Shown: piece after piece, positions 28,741 to 40,900 of the stretch
How positions within the stretch are numbered: the first letter of the stretch is position 1
Layout of the letters: each line of letters opens with the position of its first letter
The notes under the pieces: generated by a model
Databases searched by the model: none
The model's input: the letters and a program-made list of their open reading frames with translations, nothing else
Told to the model about the DNA's origin: nothing
Program-made: the position numbers and the translations under genes
Assembly: GCA_964195105.1 (NCBI GenBank)
Contig: CAXMOT010000038.1
Location: 1-53,152, forward strand
DNA length: 53,152 nucleotides
Origin: an uncultured Gemmatimonadales bacterium
Lineage (GTDB): Bacteria; Pseudomonadota; Gammaproteobacteria; Pseudomonadales; IMCC2047
Reading direction: 5' to 3'

Positions 28741-29760
28741 ATGACACCGATGCCCGCAACCAAACCCGCGCCGCCGCCCGCGCATGACACCACCCGTGCC
28801 AGCCTCGTGCAAATTAACAAGGCTGCAGCGGACGGGTTGCGCCTGCAAATTCTGCAAGTGCTAAAGGCAGAGTCATTCGGTGTTCTCGAGCTGTGTGACA
28901 TTTTTAAGCTTGCGCAGCCCAAGCTGAGCCATCACCTGAAGGTGCTACTCAATGCGGGACTGGTCGCTACCCGTCGCGACGGCAACTCGATCTTTTACCG
29001 CCACCCGCTGTTGTTGATCGACACTCCAGTCAATCGCCATATTCAGCACTTATTTACGACCCTGGACCACCTTGATCTGGCCGCGGAGATCTATACGCGT
29101 ATCGATTCCATCAAATCAGAACGCGCCCGATCATCACTCGATTTTTTCACGAAAAACGCCAACAAATTCTCAGAAAAACAGGCTTTAGTCGCTGAAAAGT
29201 CTCAATATGTAGCTAACTTGCGCGAACTCGTTAGCGCAACAAACCTCCCCGACAGCGCCACCGTGCTCGAAGTTGGCCCCGGCGAAGGCGAATTTATCTG
29301 CGAACTGGCAACACAGTTCAATCAGGCCATCGCACTGGACAACTCAGAGGCCATGCTAAAACTCGCACAGGGCAGGGCACAGGCCCTGGGCATGGACAAC
29401 ATTACCTTTATGCTCGGTGAGCCCGCCGCCGTCGCGGCCGATGCCAGAATCCGCGGCGACCTTGTTATCTGCAACATGGTGCTGCACCACATCGCATCGC
29501 CGGCGGAGACTTTCAAACACATGGCGCAATTGCTGAACCCGCGCGGCTACCTGCTGCTCGCGGAGCTCAGCCACCATAACCAGGAATGGGTGCGTAGATC
29601 CTGCGGCGACCTGTGGCTCGGCTTCGAAGCCGAGGAACTGACTCACTGGGCCAGCAGCGCTGGCATGGAGACTTGCCAAAGCCTGTACCTGGCACTCAGG
29701 AACGGCTTCCAGGTGCAGCTACACCTATTCCAGAAATCAACCAACCAAGCCAATCATTGA
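28741..29760 (+). CDS. sahR: ArsR-family regulator fused to SAM-methyltransferase-like domain (SahR-like)
   Basis: ArsR HTH (QPKLSHHLKVL...RRDGNSIFY) plus VLEVGPGEG and NMVLHH; first gene before metK-ahcY-metF. Confidence 0.85.
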   Translation: MTPMPATKPAPPPAHDTTRASLVQINKAAADGLRLQILQVLKAESFGVLELCDIFKLAQPKLSHHLKVLLNAGLVATRRDGNSIFYRHPLLLIDTPVNRHIQHLFTTLDHLDLAAEIYTRIDSIKSERARSSLDFFTKNANKFSEKQALVAEKSQYVANLRELVSATNLPDSATVLEVGPGEGEFICELATQFNQAIALDNSEAMLKLAQGRAQALGMDNITFMLGEPAAVAADARIRGDLVICNMVLHHIASPAETFKHMAQLLNPRGYLLLAELSHHNQEWVRRSCGDLWLGFEAEELTHWASSAGMETCQSLYLALRNGFQVQLHLFQKSTNQANH

Positions 29761-29781
29761 TCAACTAACGGTATATTTACT

Positions 29782-30936
29782 ATGACCAGCTATTCAGTTT
29801 TCACCTCAGAATCGGTCTCCGAAGGCCATCCCGACAAGATGGCAGACCAGATTTCCGACGCCATACTCGACGCTATTATCACTGATGACCGTGATGCCCG
29901 GGTCGCGGTTGAAACCATGGTTAAGACCGGCATGGTCATCATCGCGGGAGAAGTGCGCACCAGCACCTATATCGACTTGGAGGATGTGGTTCGGCAAGTG
30001 ATTCTGGATATTGGTTATGATAGCTCCGACGTCGGTTTCGATGGCGCCTCCTGCGCCGTACTGAATGCCATCGGCAAGCAATCCCACGATATCGCTATGG
30101 GCGTCGATGAGGGCGATGACAAGGAACAGGGCGCCGGGGACCAGGGCTTGATGTTCGGTTACGCGACGAATGAAACTGAAGTGCTGATGCCCGCGCCAAT
30201 CACCTACTCGCACCTCCTGATGCAACGCCAGGCACATCTGCGCAAGCACGGCGTGCTGCCATGGCTGCGCCCCGACGCCAAGAGCCAGGTCACCATGCGC
30301 TACGAAAATGGCAACCCGGTTGGCATCGACGCGGTAGTCGTGTCGACCCAACACGACCCGGATATCAGCCAGCAGGATTTGTATGAGGCGGTCCTCGAGG
30401 AAATCATTCGCCCGGTTCTGCCCGAGGAATGGATGAGTGCCGACACCCAAATTCATATCAACCCGACCGGCCAGTTTATAATTGGCGGACCGGTGGGCGA
30501 TTGCGGCCTGACCGGACGTAAAATCATCGTCGACACTTATGGCGGCGCGGCGCGCCACGGCGGCGGCGCGTTTTCCGGCAAGGACCCATCGAAGGTCGAC
30601 CGGTCAGCGGCCTATGCTGGCCGCTATGTCGCCAAGAATATCGTTGCCGCGGGGCTGGCAGATCGCTGTGAGATTCAGATTTCCTATGCCATCGGGGTAG
30701 CCGAACCGACCTCGATCAGCCTCCAAACCTTTGGCACCGGCAAACTGGACGACGACCAGATCGTCGCCCTGGTTCGGGAACACTTCGACCTGCGCCCACG
30801 CGGACTGGTCGAAATGCTGGACCTCAAGCGACCTATTTATAAAGCCACCGCGGCCTATGGGCACTTTGGCCGGGAAGAGGAAAACTTTACCTGGGAACGA
30901 ACCGATAAGGCCGCGGCACTTGCAAGCGCGCTCTGA
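29782..30936 (+). CDS. metK: S-adenosylmethionine synthetase
   Basis: [55 protein letters not shown]. Confidence 0.99.
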   Translation: MTSYSVFTSESVSEGHPDKMADQISDAILDAIITDDRDARVAVETMVKTGMVIIAGEVRTSTYIDLEDVVRQVILDIGYDSSDVGFDGASCAVLNAIGKQSHDIAMGVDEGDDKEQGAGDQGLMFGYATNETEVLMPAPITYSHLLMQRQAHLRKHGVLPWLRPDAKSQVTMRYENGNPVGIDAVVVSTQHDPDISQQDLYEAVLEEIIRPVLPEEWMSADTQIHINPTGQFIIGGPVGDCGLTGRKIIVDTYGGAARHGGGAFSGKDPSKVDRSAAYAGRYVAKNIVAAGLADRCEIQISYAIGVAEPTSISLQTFGTGKLDDDQIVALVREHFDLRPRGLVEMLDLKRPIYKATAAYGHFGREEENFTWERTDKAAALASAL

Positions 30937-31030
30937 TTTGCGGCCAATACCCATAAACCGCAGCGCGTAGCGCATAAGCAAAATCTTTAAATACATTTTG
31001 ATACCGAATTAACCACAGCAGGCAACGAAC

Positions 31031-32428
31031 ATGACCGATACCGTCACCCAAATAGACAGCAGTTTTTCCGACTATAAAGTCGCCGACATCTCCCTGGCCG
31101 AATGGGGCCGCAATGAAATCTCGATAGCGGAGACCGAGATGCCGGCCCTGATGGCCCTCAGGACCAAGTACAATGGCGCCAAGCCGCTGCAGGGCGCCAG
31201 GATTATTGGCTGCATTCACATGACTATCCAGACCGCGGTATTGATAGAGACACTCGTCGAACTCGGCGCCGAGGTGCGTTGGTCGTCTTGTAATATTTTC
31301 TCGACCCAGGACCACGCCGCGGCGGCCATCGCAGCCAGCGGCATTCCGGTTTTTGCCTGGAAAGGGGAAACCGAGGAAGAATACGAGTGGTGCATCGAAC
31401 AGACCATTAACAAGAACGGTCAGGTCTGGGACGCCAACATGCTGCTGGATGACGGCGGCGACCTGACTGAAATCGCTCACAAGAGCTATCCTCAGTTACT
31501 GGATAACGTCCATGGCGTAACTGAAGAAACCACCACCGGCGTGCATCGCCTGCAGGAAATGCTTGCGGCCGGCACCCTCAAGGTACCCGCGGTCAACGTC
31601 AACGACTCGGTCACCAAATCGAAGAACGATAACAAGTATGGCTGCCGCCACAGCCTCAACGATGCCATCAAGCGCGGCACCGACCATTTGCTGGCCGGCA
31701 AGAAAGCGCTGGTGATTGGCTATGGCGACGTCGGCAAGGGCTCGGCTCAATCATTGAACCAGGAGGGCATGATCGTCAAGGTGAGTGAAATCGACCCGAT
31801 CTGTGCCATGCAGGCCTGTATGGATGGCTTTGAAGTGGTGTCGCCTTATATTAACGGCGTCAACGACGGCACCCCCGGATGCATCGACAATACACTGCTT
31901 GGCCGTACTGACCTGGTCGTCACGACCACCGGCAATGTGGATGTGTGCGATAAAAACATGCTGGCAGCACTGAAGTGTGGCGCAGTTGTCTCCAACATTG
32001 GTCACTTCGATGATGAAATCGATACTGCCTATATGCGTGAGCAATGGGAATGGGTTGAGGTTAAGCCGCAGGTCCACAAAATTTATCGCGACCGCGCCGC
32101 CAATGACTACCTGATCCTGCTTGCAGAGGGCCGCCTTGTAAACCTGGGTAATGCGACCGGGCACCCCTCGCGCATCATGGATGGCTCCTTTGCCAACCAG
32201 GTACTGGCGCAGATCCACCTTTACCAGCAGGCGTTTGCCGACCAGGATGCAGGCGCCCAGGCACAGTTGCTGCGCGTGGAAGTGCTGCCCAAGAATCTCG
32301 ACGAAGAAGTTGCCCGGCACATGGTCGGCGGCTTCGGTGGCGTACTGACCCGCATGACGGAGCAGCAATCGACGTATGTAGGCATTCCCACGGATGGCCC
32401 GTACAAGCCGGACACCTACCGATACTAG
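31031..32428 (+). CDS. ahcY: S-adenosylhomocysteine hydrolase
   Basis: [51 protein letters not shown]. Confidence 0.99.
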   Translation: MTDTVTQIDSSFSDYKVADISLAEWGRNEISIAETEMPALMALRTKYNGAKPLQGARIIGCIHMTIQTAVLIETLVELGAEVRWSSCNIFSTQDHAAAAIAASGIPVFAWKGETEEEYEWCIEQTINKNGQVWDANMLLDDGGDLTEIAHKSYPQLLDNVHGVTEETTTGVHRLQEMLAAGTLKVPAVNVNDSVTKSKNDNKYGCRHSLNDAIKRGTDHLLAGKKALVIGYGDVGKGSAQSLNQEGMIVKVSEIDPICAMQACMDGFEVVSPYINGVNDGTPGCIDNTLLGRTDLVVTTTGNVDVCDKNMLAALKCGAVVSNIGHFDDEIDTAYMREQWEWVEVKPQVHKIYRDRAANDYLILLAEGRLVNLGNATGHPSRIMDGSFANQVLAQIHLYQQAFADQDAGAQAQLLRVEVLPKNLDEEVARHMVGGFGGVLTRMTEQQSTYVGIPTDGPYKPDTYRY

Positions 32429-32472
32429 TAGCTCATCGCCCTTAACCTAATACGCGTAACAAAGGACTATTA

Positions 32473-33318
32473 ATGAGCAAAGACAAGCTCTATAGCTTCG
32501 AGTTTTTCCCGCCCAAGACGGAGGCTGGAGAACAAAAATTGCAGCTGGTGTGGCAGCAGTTACAGGAAAAACAGCCTGATTTTTTCTCTGTAACCTATGG
32601 CGCCGGCGGCTCGACGCGAGATAAAACCATCAGCACGGTAACCAGTCTTCACCAGCAGGGCGCGGCCGTCGCGCCCCACCTTAGCTTTGGCGGTGACAGC
32701 AGGGACACCGTTGCGTCCCTGTTGCACAACTATAAGGAGTTGGGCATCAAGCGCGTGGTTGCGCTGCGTGGCGACCTGCCCTCGGGTACCGGCGGCGCGG
32801 CACACCTGGTCTACGCAAACGAATTGGTGGAATTTATTCGTGAGCAGACCGGCGATCATTTTCACATTGAAGTGGCCGCCTATCCCGAGATTCACCCGCA
32901 GTCAAAAAGCTACGAGTCGGATATCAACTACCTGAAGGGAAAGTTCGATGCCGGGGCGAACAGTGGCATCACCCAGTATTTTTATAATGCCGATGCCTAC
33001 TTCTACTATATCGAGCGCTGCCAGGCCGCGGGCATCGACAACCCGATCGTGCCGGGCATTATGCCGATTACCAATTACAGCAGCCTGGCACGCTTTTCCG
33101 ACGCCTGTGGCGCCGAGATTCCGCGCTGGATGCGCAAGCGACTGGAGGGCTTTGCCGATGACTCCCGCAGCATTGCCGCGTATGGCGTCGAGGTGGTGAC
33201 CGAGTTGTGCGAAACACTGCTGCAGGGCGGCGCCCCGGGATTACATTTCTACTCGATGAACAAGGCGGAACCCAACATCACGATCTGGGACAACCTGGGC
33301 CTTGGCGAGCGACGCTAG
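32473..33318 (+). CDS. metF: 5,10-methylenetetrahydrofolate reductase
   Basis: SFEFFPPKT, SVTYGAGGST, ALRGD, AAYPEIHP, ITQYF, PGIMPI, GLHFYSMN. Confidence 0.97.
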   Translation: MSKDKLYSFEFFPPKTEAGEQKLQLVWQQLQEKQPDFFSVTYGAGGSTRDKTISTVTSLHQQGAAVAPHLSFGGDSRDTVASLLHNYKELGIKRVVALRGDLPSGTGGAAHLVYANELVEFIREQTGDHFHIEVAAYPEIHPQSKSYESDINYLKGKFDAGANSGITQYFYNADAYFYYIERCQAAGIDNPIVPGIMPITNYSSLARFSDACGAEIPRWMRKRLEGFADDSRSIAAYGVEVVTELCETLLQGGAPGLHFYSMNKAEPNITIWDNLGLGERR

Positions 33319-33336
33319 TCCAGGGTATCCGAGAAT

Positions 33337-34068
33337 ATGCGTATTCCACGCGCGTTTATAGATAAGCCGCTGGCCAATGGCCTTGAACTGGAACTGGACG
33401 CCACCACCAGCCATTACCTGCAAAAGGTATTACGGCTGCGCGAGGGCGCACGAATCACCCTGTTCAATGGCCAAGGCGGCGAATACCCGGCCGTAATCAA
33501 GGCTTGCCAAAAACGCTCGGCTTTAGTGCAACTCGGTGATGGCGTTGATAACAACCGTGAATCGCCTCTGCGTATCCATCTAGGGATTGGACTGTCTCGT
33601 GGCGAGCGCATGGATACAGTGGTGCAAAAAGCCACCGAACTTGGTGTCACCGAGATCTCACCCCTGTTTACCGAGCGCTGTGAAGTCAAACTCAACGACC
33701 AGCGCATGATCAAGCGCCGGGATCACTGGCAGAAGGTTATCACCAGCGCGTGCGAACAATCCGGCCGCAATCGCATCCCCCGGGTACATGCGCCCGTCAA
33801 ACTGGAGCCGTTCCTGGCGAACGCTGACGCTTCGATCAAGTTGCTCATGCATCCAGCCGATGAGCCAGGTACCGCGCTGCCAGGATCAGGCGTGAATTCG
33901 GTGCTGGTATTGGTGGGTCCGGAAGGGGGGTTTTCCGATCAGGAGGTTGCCCAGTGCACTCACCGCGGCTTTGTTACCTTTTGCCTGGGACAGCGAATCC
34001 TGCGCACCGAAACCGCCCCGCTGGCGGCCCTGAGTGTCCTGCAATATCGCTGGGGAGATTTCGGCTAG
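33337..34068 (+). CDS. rsmE: 16S rRNA m3U1498 methyltransferase
   Basis: HYLQKVLRL, QKATELGV, ACEQSGR, VGPEGGFS, LGQRILRTETAP. Confidence 0.96.
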   Translation: MRIPRAFIDKPLANGLELELDATTSHYLQKVLRLREGARITLFNGQGGEYPAVIKACQKRSALVQLGDGVDNNRESPLRIHLGIGLSRGERMDTVVQKATELGVTEISPLFTERCEVKLNDQRMIKRRDHWQKVITSACEQSGRNRIPRVHAPVKLEPFLANADASIKLLMHPADEPGTALPGSGVNSVLVLVGPEGGFSDQEVAQCTHRGFVTFCLGQRILRTETAPLAALSVLQYRWGDFG

Positions 34069-34312
34069 GCCGGAAATTTCACCAGTATTCGGGAATGGTG
34101 GTGAGGGCTGGTGCGTTGTGGGGGATTTTTTGACTAAAAGCGTAGCCGTAGCTACGTTTGCAAGAGAAAAATTAGTCACGGCGTGCCAGAACCAGCACCA
34201 AACCGAATAGGCCAGCGGGTTACAATTTGTACCCATGCCGGATTTGGCATGCGGCCTTCCAAACCTGAGCAAACGCATTCTTTTCGAGCCGACTGGTGAA
34301 TTTCCCGGGCTA
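34066..34312. mobile_element. Miniature inverted-repeat element candidate
   Basis: 21-bp terminal inverted repeat (34066-34086 / 34292-34312, 18/21), TA at both ends, long internal hairpin capped by CGTAGC-CGTA-GCTACG. Confidence 0.6.
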
Positions 34313-34431
34313 AGCGAACGGGATATGGCTCTGGAAGAGCAATATAGAATTATTCAATGAATGTGTTGCCAAGGCATGAAACTTGGCCTAGCTCCAGCGA
34401 AGCGATAAGAACCGCCCATTACGAGCGGAGA

Positions 34432-34881
34432 TTATACCGCCAGGTGCTCGTTTAAACGGGCCTCAATCATGCCCAGGTCGGGAATACACGCGCGCTGTCC
34501 CTTGACCTCAACGGCCATAAGATCGGCTTCGCCCAACGGCTCGTCTACCTGCACAACATCGGCGTCGGTTAGCGTCATGGTTTCCGGCACACCCTGCACC
34601 AGCAAACCCCAAAAGGCTAATTCCTGATCCGGTAACGAGCGATTCAGGATCGCGATCTGCGCATACTCCGAGTGCTTCTTGAGGCTGCCGCCGGCCAGGT
34701 TTTCAAAGGACACGACCGGTATACGCATATTGCGCCAGTGCTTGTGGCCCAGAATCCATTTTTCCGAATGCAACTCGACAATCAGCCCTGTCAGGGGCTC
34801 GATGTCGGCCATCGCATGCTCGGGCAGGACCAGATTACGATCCTGTAACTTAACTATTATGCTGGCTAACGTTGCGGCCAT
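34432..34881 (-). CDS. chpC: CheW-like adaptor, ChpC-type
   Basis: LVLPEHAMADI, WILGHKHWRNMRIPVVSFE, IPDL; directly after chpA; ATG 34881 follows AGGA. Confidence 0.8.
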   Translation of the reverse strand: MAATLASIIVKLQDRNLVLPEHAMADIEPLTGLIVELHSEKWILGHKHWRNMRIPVVSFENLAGGSLKKHSEYAQIAILNRSLPDQELAFWGLLVQGVPETMTLTDADVVQVDEPLGEADLMAVEVKGQRACIPDLGMIEARLNEHLAV

Positions 34882-34900
34882 ACCAAGTTCCTGTTTCCTG

Positions 34901-37900
34901 TTAGTTACTGCGCTTATGCTGGTCGCGCTCAAAATTTGTCAGTGCACCGATCGCATCAAGCAGGTCATCTTCCTGGAAGGGCTTACCCATAAATCGGTTC
35001 ACGCCAATTTCCATTGCCCGCTCGCGGTGCTTATCGCCGGTTCTTGAGGTTATCATCACGATCGGCACGTCTTTCATACGCTCATCGTGACGCATCAGCG
35101 AGGCGAGTTCAAAGCCGTCCATCCGCGGCATTTCGATATCAAGCAGCATTACACTGGGCAGCGTATCCTGCAGCTTGGTCATCGCTTCCACGCCGTCTTT
35201 CGCCACAATCACTTCCATACCGTGTCGTTCCAGCAGCCGCGACGCCACTTTGCGCACCGTGACCGAATCATCAACCACCATCACGCGAAGCTCGGTTGAG
35301 ACTTGCTCAGCGGTTTCAACGAACTCGACTTTCTCTTGTGTGCTAACCGCAGCCCGTGCGCGCACCATGGCAGGCATATCAAGAATCAGGACGACGCGCC
35401 CGTCACCGAGGATGGTTGCCCCGGACAAGCCCGGCATCGCACCTAACTGGGAACCGAGTGGCTTCACCACGATTTCACGGCTGGATGTAATATCATCAAC
35501 CTGCAACGCGACCGAACCCTCAGCGGTACGGATCAAAATAACCGGTAGCGGCATGGCCTGGTTCTGGGCCTGCAGGTTATTGCGATGGCCGACAAATTCA
35601 CCCAGGTAGCTCAGGTCATATTGCTGCCCCGCATATTCAAACCGTGGCCCGTTGTCCCGGTAGTACTCTTCCAGTTCATAAGGGCTGACCCGCACCACAC
35701 CTTCTATGGTCGAGAGGGGCAGGGCAAAGGTTTCGTCGCCGATGTTGACCATCAGGGCGCTGTTGACACTTACTGTAAACGGCACCCGGACCACAAAGCG
35801 ACTGCCCTGGCCTGGCTCGGAGTGGATCGTAATGGTGCCACCCAGCTTCTTGATTTCGCTGCTGACCACATCCATGCCAACGCCACGCCCGGATATCTGG
35901 GTCACTTTCCTGGCTGTCGAGAAGCCCGCATGCAATATAAACTGCAGGATCTCATCATCGGTTAACTGCGCACCCTGTTCGATCAGGCCGCGTTCAACCG
36001 CCTTGGCCCGCACGCTTGCTATATCAACACCCGCGCCATCATCTGACAGTTCAAGAACCACATCGCCGCCATCACGGCCGAGCGATAACTGCACGGATCC
36101 CTTTTCATCTTTGCCCGCCTGCTTGCGCTGTGCGGGCGACTCGATGCCGTGATCGACCGCATTGCGCAACATATGCTCAAGCGGGGCCGTCATATGCTCG
36201 AGTAACGAGCGGTCCAGCTCAACGTCGACATTCTTAAGCGTGAATTCAACCTGCTTGCTGACCTCCTGGCCGACCTGGCGCACCACACGTCGCAGGCGAG
36301 CCGCGAGGCGCGAAAACGGCACCATGCGGGTCTTCATCAAGCCTTCCTGCAACTCGGTATTGATCCGCGCTTGTTGCAGCAAAATCGTTTCTGTATAACG
36401 CGCGCGATCACGCAGCGTGTCTTTCAAATCGAACAGGTCGGATACGGATTCCACCAGGGAGCGCGATAATTCCTGCATGCGACTGTAGCGGTCCATTTCC
36501 AGCGGATCGAAACCCTCGTGCTCGGGGCCTTCCTGCTCCTGGCGGAACAGGATCTGGGCTTCCGTTTCGATTTCCATGCGGCGCAGCTGTTCACGCAAAC
36601 GCTCGATCGTGACACCCACTTCCTCGATCGCATAGCCAAAGTTGCTGACCTGCTGCTCGATCCGGGAGCGCGACACACTGGTTTCGCCACCGAGATTAAC
36701 CAACTGTTCCAGCAAACTGGAAGACACACGCACAGTATCTTGCGCCGGGACTTGAGCGGGTTGGCCATGTGAAGCATCGACTACGTCGTCAACCTGCGGT
36801 TCCGGCTCGATCACGCCCTGCGCAGATTCCCTGGCCTCCTGGTAACTGGCAGCCAGTCGTTCCAACCAGTCCGATAATTCTACCTGGACCGCGTCTTCAC
36901 CCAGGTCGGCGGGTTCAAAATTAATCAGCACTTCAAGGAAGATCTGGCTCAGGTCGCCAATCTCGTGTACCCCTGCAACATATGCAACGTCTTTCAGGGA
37001 CGTCACATCTGCCTGCAGGTGCTTATAAATATTGGCTTTCTTGCCGCTGTGAGACTTAAGCTTGTTAATACTCTTGCCAAGACTTGCCAGCAACCCGGCA
37101 GCATTATCAAAAAACGCTCCCAGCGCTTCGGAATCGGCCTCGACAGTTACCCCGAGCGCGGTATCGAATACAACCGTCTCGCTGACTTCGGTAGCTGAAG
37201 TTGCTGATTCAGTTGCAGCTATGGGTTGTCCCAGCTGCTCGGCATGGAACGCCCTTGCCCGCTCGATAAGTTCAGGCGCAGGCGTGCAGGCCGCGCCACC
37301 CTTAACCTCAGCAACCATATCCGCGAGACGATCGTCACACGCATGGATGAGTTCAAATAGCTGGTGACCTGCGTTGATTCGCGCCGCCGCGACATCTTCG
37401 TAGATGGCCTCCAATTCGTGGCTCAGGTCACCAACCGGACCCAGGCCAGCCATTCGCGAGCTGCCCTTCAAGGTATGCAAAGCGCGCTGCAATGCATCGA
37501 TGGCGCCGGCATTACTGTTATCGTTTAGCCAGTCTTGCTTGGCAGTTGCGACCGCCTCGAAAATTTCTTCCGCTTCTTCCAGGAAGATCCCAACCAGTTC
37601 CTGGTCCAGTGCTTCCTGGCCAGGCGATTGCGAAGTGTCGCCAGTGATGTCTTCCGCGACTTCCTCAGCTGATTCCTCGGTTATCTCTTCGGCTAATTCC
37701 TCAACAAATTCTTCGGTTATCTCTTCGGCTACTTCGTCCGACGCTTCATCAGCGGAGCTTTGCAGCCGCTCAATAGCGTCAGCAAGTTGCTGTACAGGGA
37801 CTATGGAAATTTCGATGTCCTGTCCGGCAGCAGCCTGGTCCAGGCCGTTTATTAAGCCTTCGTGGGCGTCGCCCAGCGCTGCCAGCAATGCCTCATTCGG

Positions 37901-40900
37901 GCGCTGGCCAAACTCACTCAATTGCGCATAGGCATCATCGAGGGCATGCAGCAGGACCGGTAAACTTGCATCGTCAGTGCCAGCGAGCAACGCCACCAGT
38001 CGTGTTGAGGCGTCACGCAGCTCTGCGAACACAGGGTTTCCCGGCTGCGGATCGGCCTGCCAGGTTTCAAAATGGCTCTGTGCGATGCATATCGGGTCCA
38101 TGTTCTGCTGTAGCAACAGGGCCAGTGCCGACGTCTGCGGTGCTTCAACGGCATCTGCTTCGCCCAGCAATTCAAGACGGTGCGCAGAGTATGCGTCCAG
38201 CTTTTCAAGCAATTGGGAACTTCCGGCGAGCGGTGCAAGCGGATCATCGTGCAGGTGTTCCAAGCCGCCGCGTATGATAGCGCCCGTCTCCACTAGCAAT
38301 CCGGCCACTTCGCTGTCGACCCAAATCGCTCGCTCTCGCATCGATTTAATGAGTGCTTCAGCGGCCGAGGCTACCCCGGCGATGTTCGGAAGCTCCGCCA
38401 TATGCGCGCTGCCCTTGAGCGTATGCAACGCTCGATACAGTTCATCCGTAATTTCCGCCGATCCATGCTCGGCCATGCTGAGGAAGTCGTCAACTGCCGC
38501 CAAATGCTGGCCTGCTTCACGACCAAAAATGGTATAGATATCGCTATCGGCGTTCCCCTCCGGGTCATCGCTCGCGGACTCTTCAACAACGAATGTCGGT
38601 TCTGCTGCGGCGTCATCAACGCTGTCAACTTCTGCAAATTCTATGGCTTCGGTGGTTTCATGCTGCGCCTCACTTTCAATATCCGGCAACTCGGCCGCTT
38701 CACCCTTGCTGAGTAGTTCGGCACACGTCATCAACGGACCAATATCAAAGGAGGACTCGGTTTGCGTCCGGAAGTCTTCCAGCAAGCCAGGCATCACGCC
38801 GGTTACCCTGTTGACGAGACCACAGATACTGTCGTTGGGAGAAACCACCCCTTCGAGTAGCTGGTTCAACATGCTCTCGACTGACCAGGCAAGTTCGCCA
38901 ATCTGGCCAGCACCGACCATTCGGCCGCTGCCCTTAAGGGTATGAAACGCCCTGCGGACTTCTTTTAAGCTATCCTGATTGCCAAAGTCGGATGCATATA
39001 AGGGCCAATGAATATCGATCTGCTCGAAAACTTCCTGGGCTTCCTCAACAAATATTTCCAGTATTTCATCGTCGATGAAATTTTCATCGTCAGCAGCTTC
39101 CGCGACAATCGGGGCTTCTGCTTCCGCTACAGCCTCATAACCGATCTGGTTATCACCGACCTCATCGGCCGACGGCTCTATACTGGCTGAAGGCTCTGCG
39201 CTGTCAGCATACGAGACATCGTCGCTGTTTTGCGCCGCAGCAACTGCCTGTTCTGGCTCTTGTTCCAAGTCATGGTCCAGTTCCTGATATAAGTCTGCGC
39301 CCAACTCGTCGGTTGCAGACTCAAACCCGGACAACTCCTCATCGAGGACGCCAAAATGATCATCTTCACTGCTGATGCCATCAGCCTGAACAATCGGGTA
39401 GCCTAACGAAGCTATACCCTGCTTGGCCTGGGTCAGCACGTTCTCATTAAACACATGGCTGTTAGTAAAGCCTTCCAGGTAGAACTCGACGGTCGCAATC
39501 ACTTCCGCCAGCGTTTCTATCGCCGCGCCTTCAGGGATTTTTTCGCTCGCAATAATGTCGTCTTCGATATATTGCCCACAGGCAAACACCAGCTGTGGCG
39601 CCGTTGGCAAGGAAAGGATCGACAGCCCACCATAAGTGCCGCGCAGCTGGCCAGGGACCTGATCAAGCAAACTGAAATCGCCATCGCTGGCGAGGAAGTC
39701 GTGCATACAGTCCTTCGCCTTGCGCAGGCTCTTGAGACTCTCCTCAACAACGGTCTCTGCCGCTGCATTGGCATGCACACCCACACTGTCCTGGCCCCGA
39801 GAAGTCACACTCTCCAGGAGGCTATCGAGTTCCGCCTCGACATACAAAAGCGCTTCGGCGATCTTGAGTAACGCGTCTTCATCAATTTCGTTGTTGTCGC
39901 TGGCGCCGTCCGCCAACATACTGATTTGCTCCTGGACGATAATTCTCGGAGCTTCCAGGTTCAGCAAAACCAGGGTGCTCGCGATCTGGCTCAAGCTGGG
40001 TTGTAAGCCGCCCAGATCCAGGCTGCCCTTGACGTCATTACGTACGTAAAGGTCAATGGTGTCCTTGACTCGCTGCAACTCTTCGGTCAACGCAGACACC
40101 ACCGATTCGATAGTTTGTTTGTCCGGCGCTGCGATCAGGGTGGCCGCGCTTGCTTTCGTACCAAGGTCGTATTGGTCGAGCTGGTAATCTTGTTTAATGG
40201 CGTCCACGCGCGGCATTCCGGCTGGACTCTTGGCCAGGTGATAGAGCAGGCCTTTGAGCATATTCTCGTCAGGCCGCGTATCAAGCCCGGTGGCACCGGC
40301 TTCGATAAGCGTCTTGATGGCAAGGTCGATGCGTCGTAACAAGTCAATAATTGCGCTTTCGAGTTCGATCGCGCCGTTAAGTAGCCCTTCAATAAACGCG
40401 GTACCCACTTCCCAGCCCTGATTGACTGGCGCGCCTTTACATAACTGCTGCAGCCGCGCGAGGGCATTGGAAACACGCCCCAGGTTTACCTGCACATCTT
40501 CATTGCGAATCAAGCCAACGAGTGCAAACTGGAAGATCTGGCGAATCTTTTTAAGGCTGGCGGAATCTTCCCGCTCAAAACGTTCCTGTACTTCACTACC
40601 GGCAGGCTCGCGCTGCGGACCCAGGTCGGGGGTGAAATAACTGAAGTCGGAAATGGCTTCGCGTCCCATCTGCTTGCGCAGTTGGTTTGCAGGACCAAGT
40701 AATAACAAGGGGCGCTCAACCGTTTCATGTTGCACCCGGGTCAAATACGGCGGCAAGTGAACCAGCGCCTGGACCAGCGCCTCATGGGCAGCACTGGCAT
40801 CCTCGATTTCGCCTGCCGCCAACCCAGTCAACATTGCCTGGATTTCTTCGGTAAGCATTAAAGCACTCGCAAGCCCGGCCATCTGCAACGAGCCGTGCAC

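Noticed and set aside
30937-31030. SAH riboswitch upstream of ahcY
   Set aside because: No GAGGAGCG-type core or complementary pseudoknot segment is seen, and the spacer is AT-rich.
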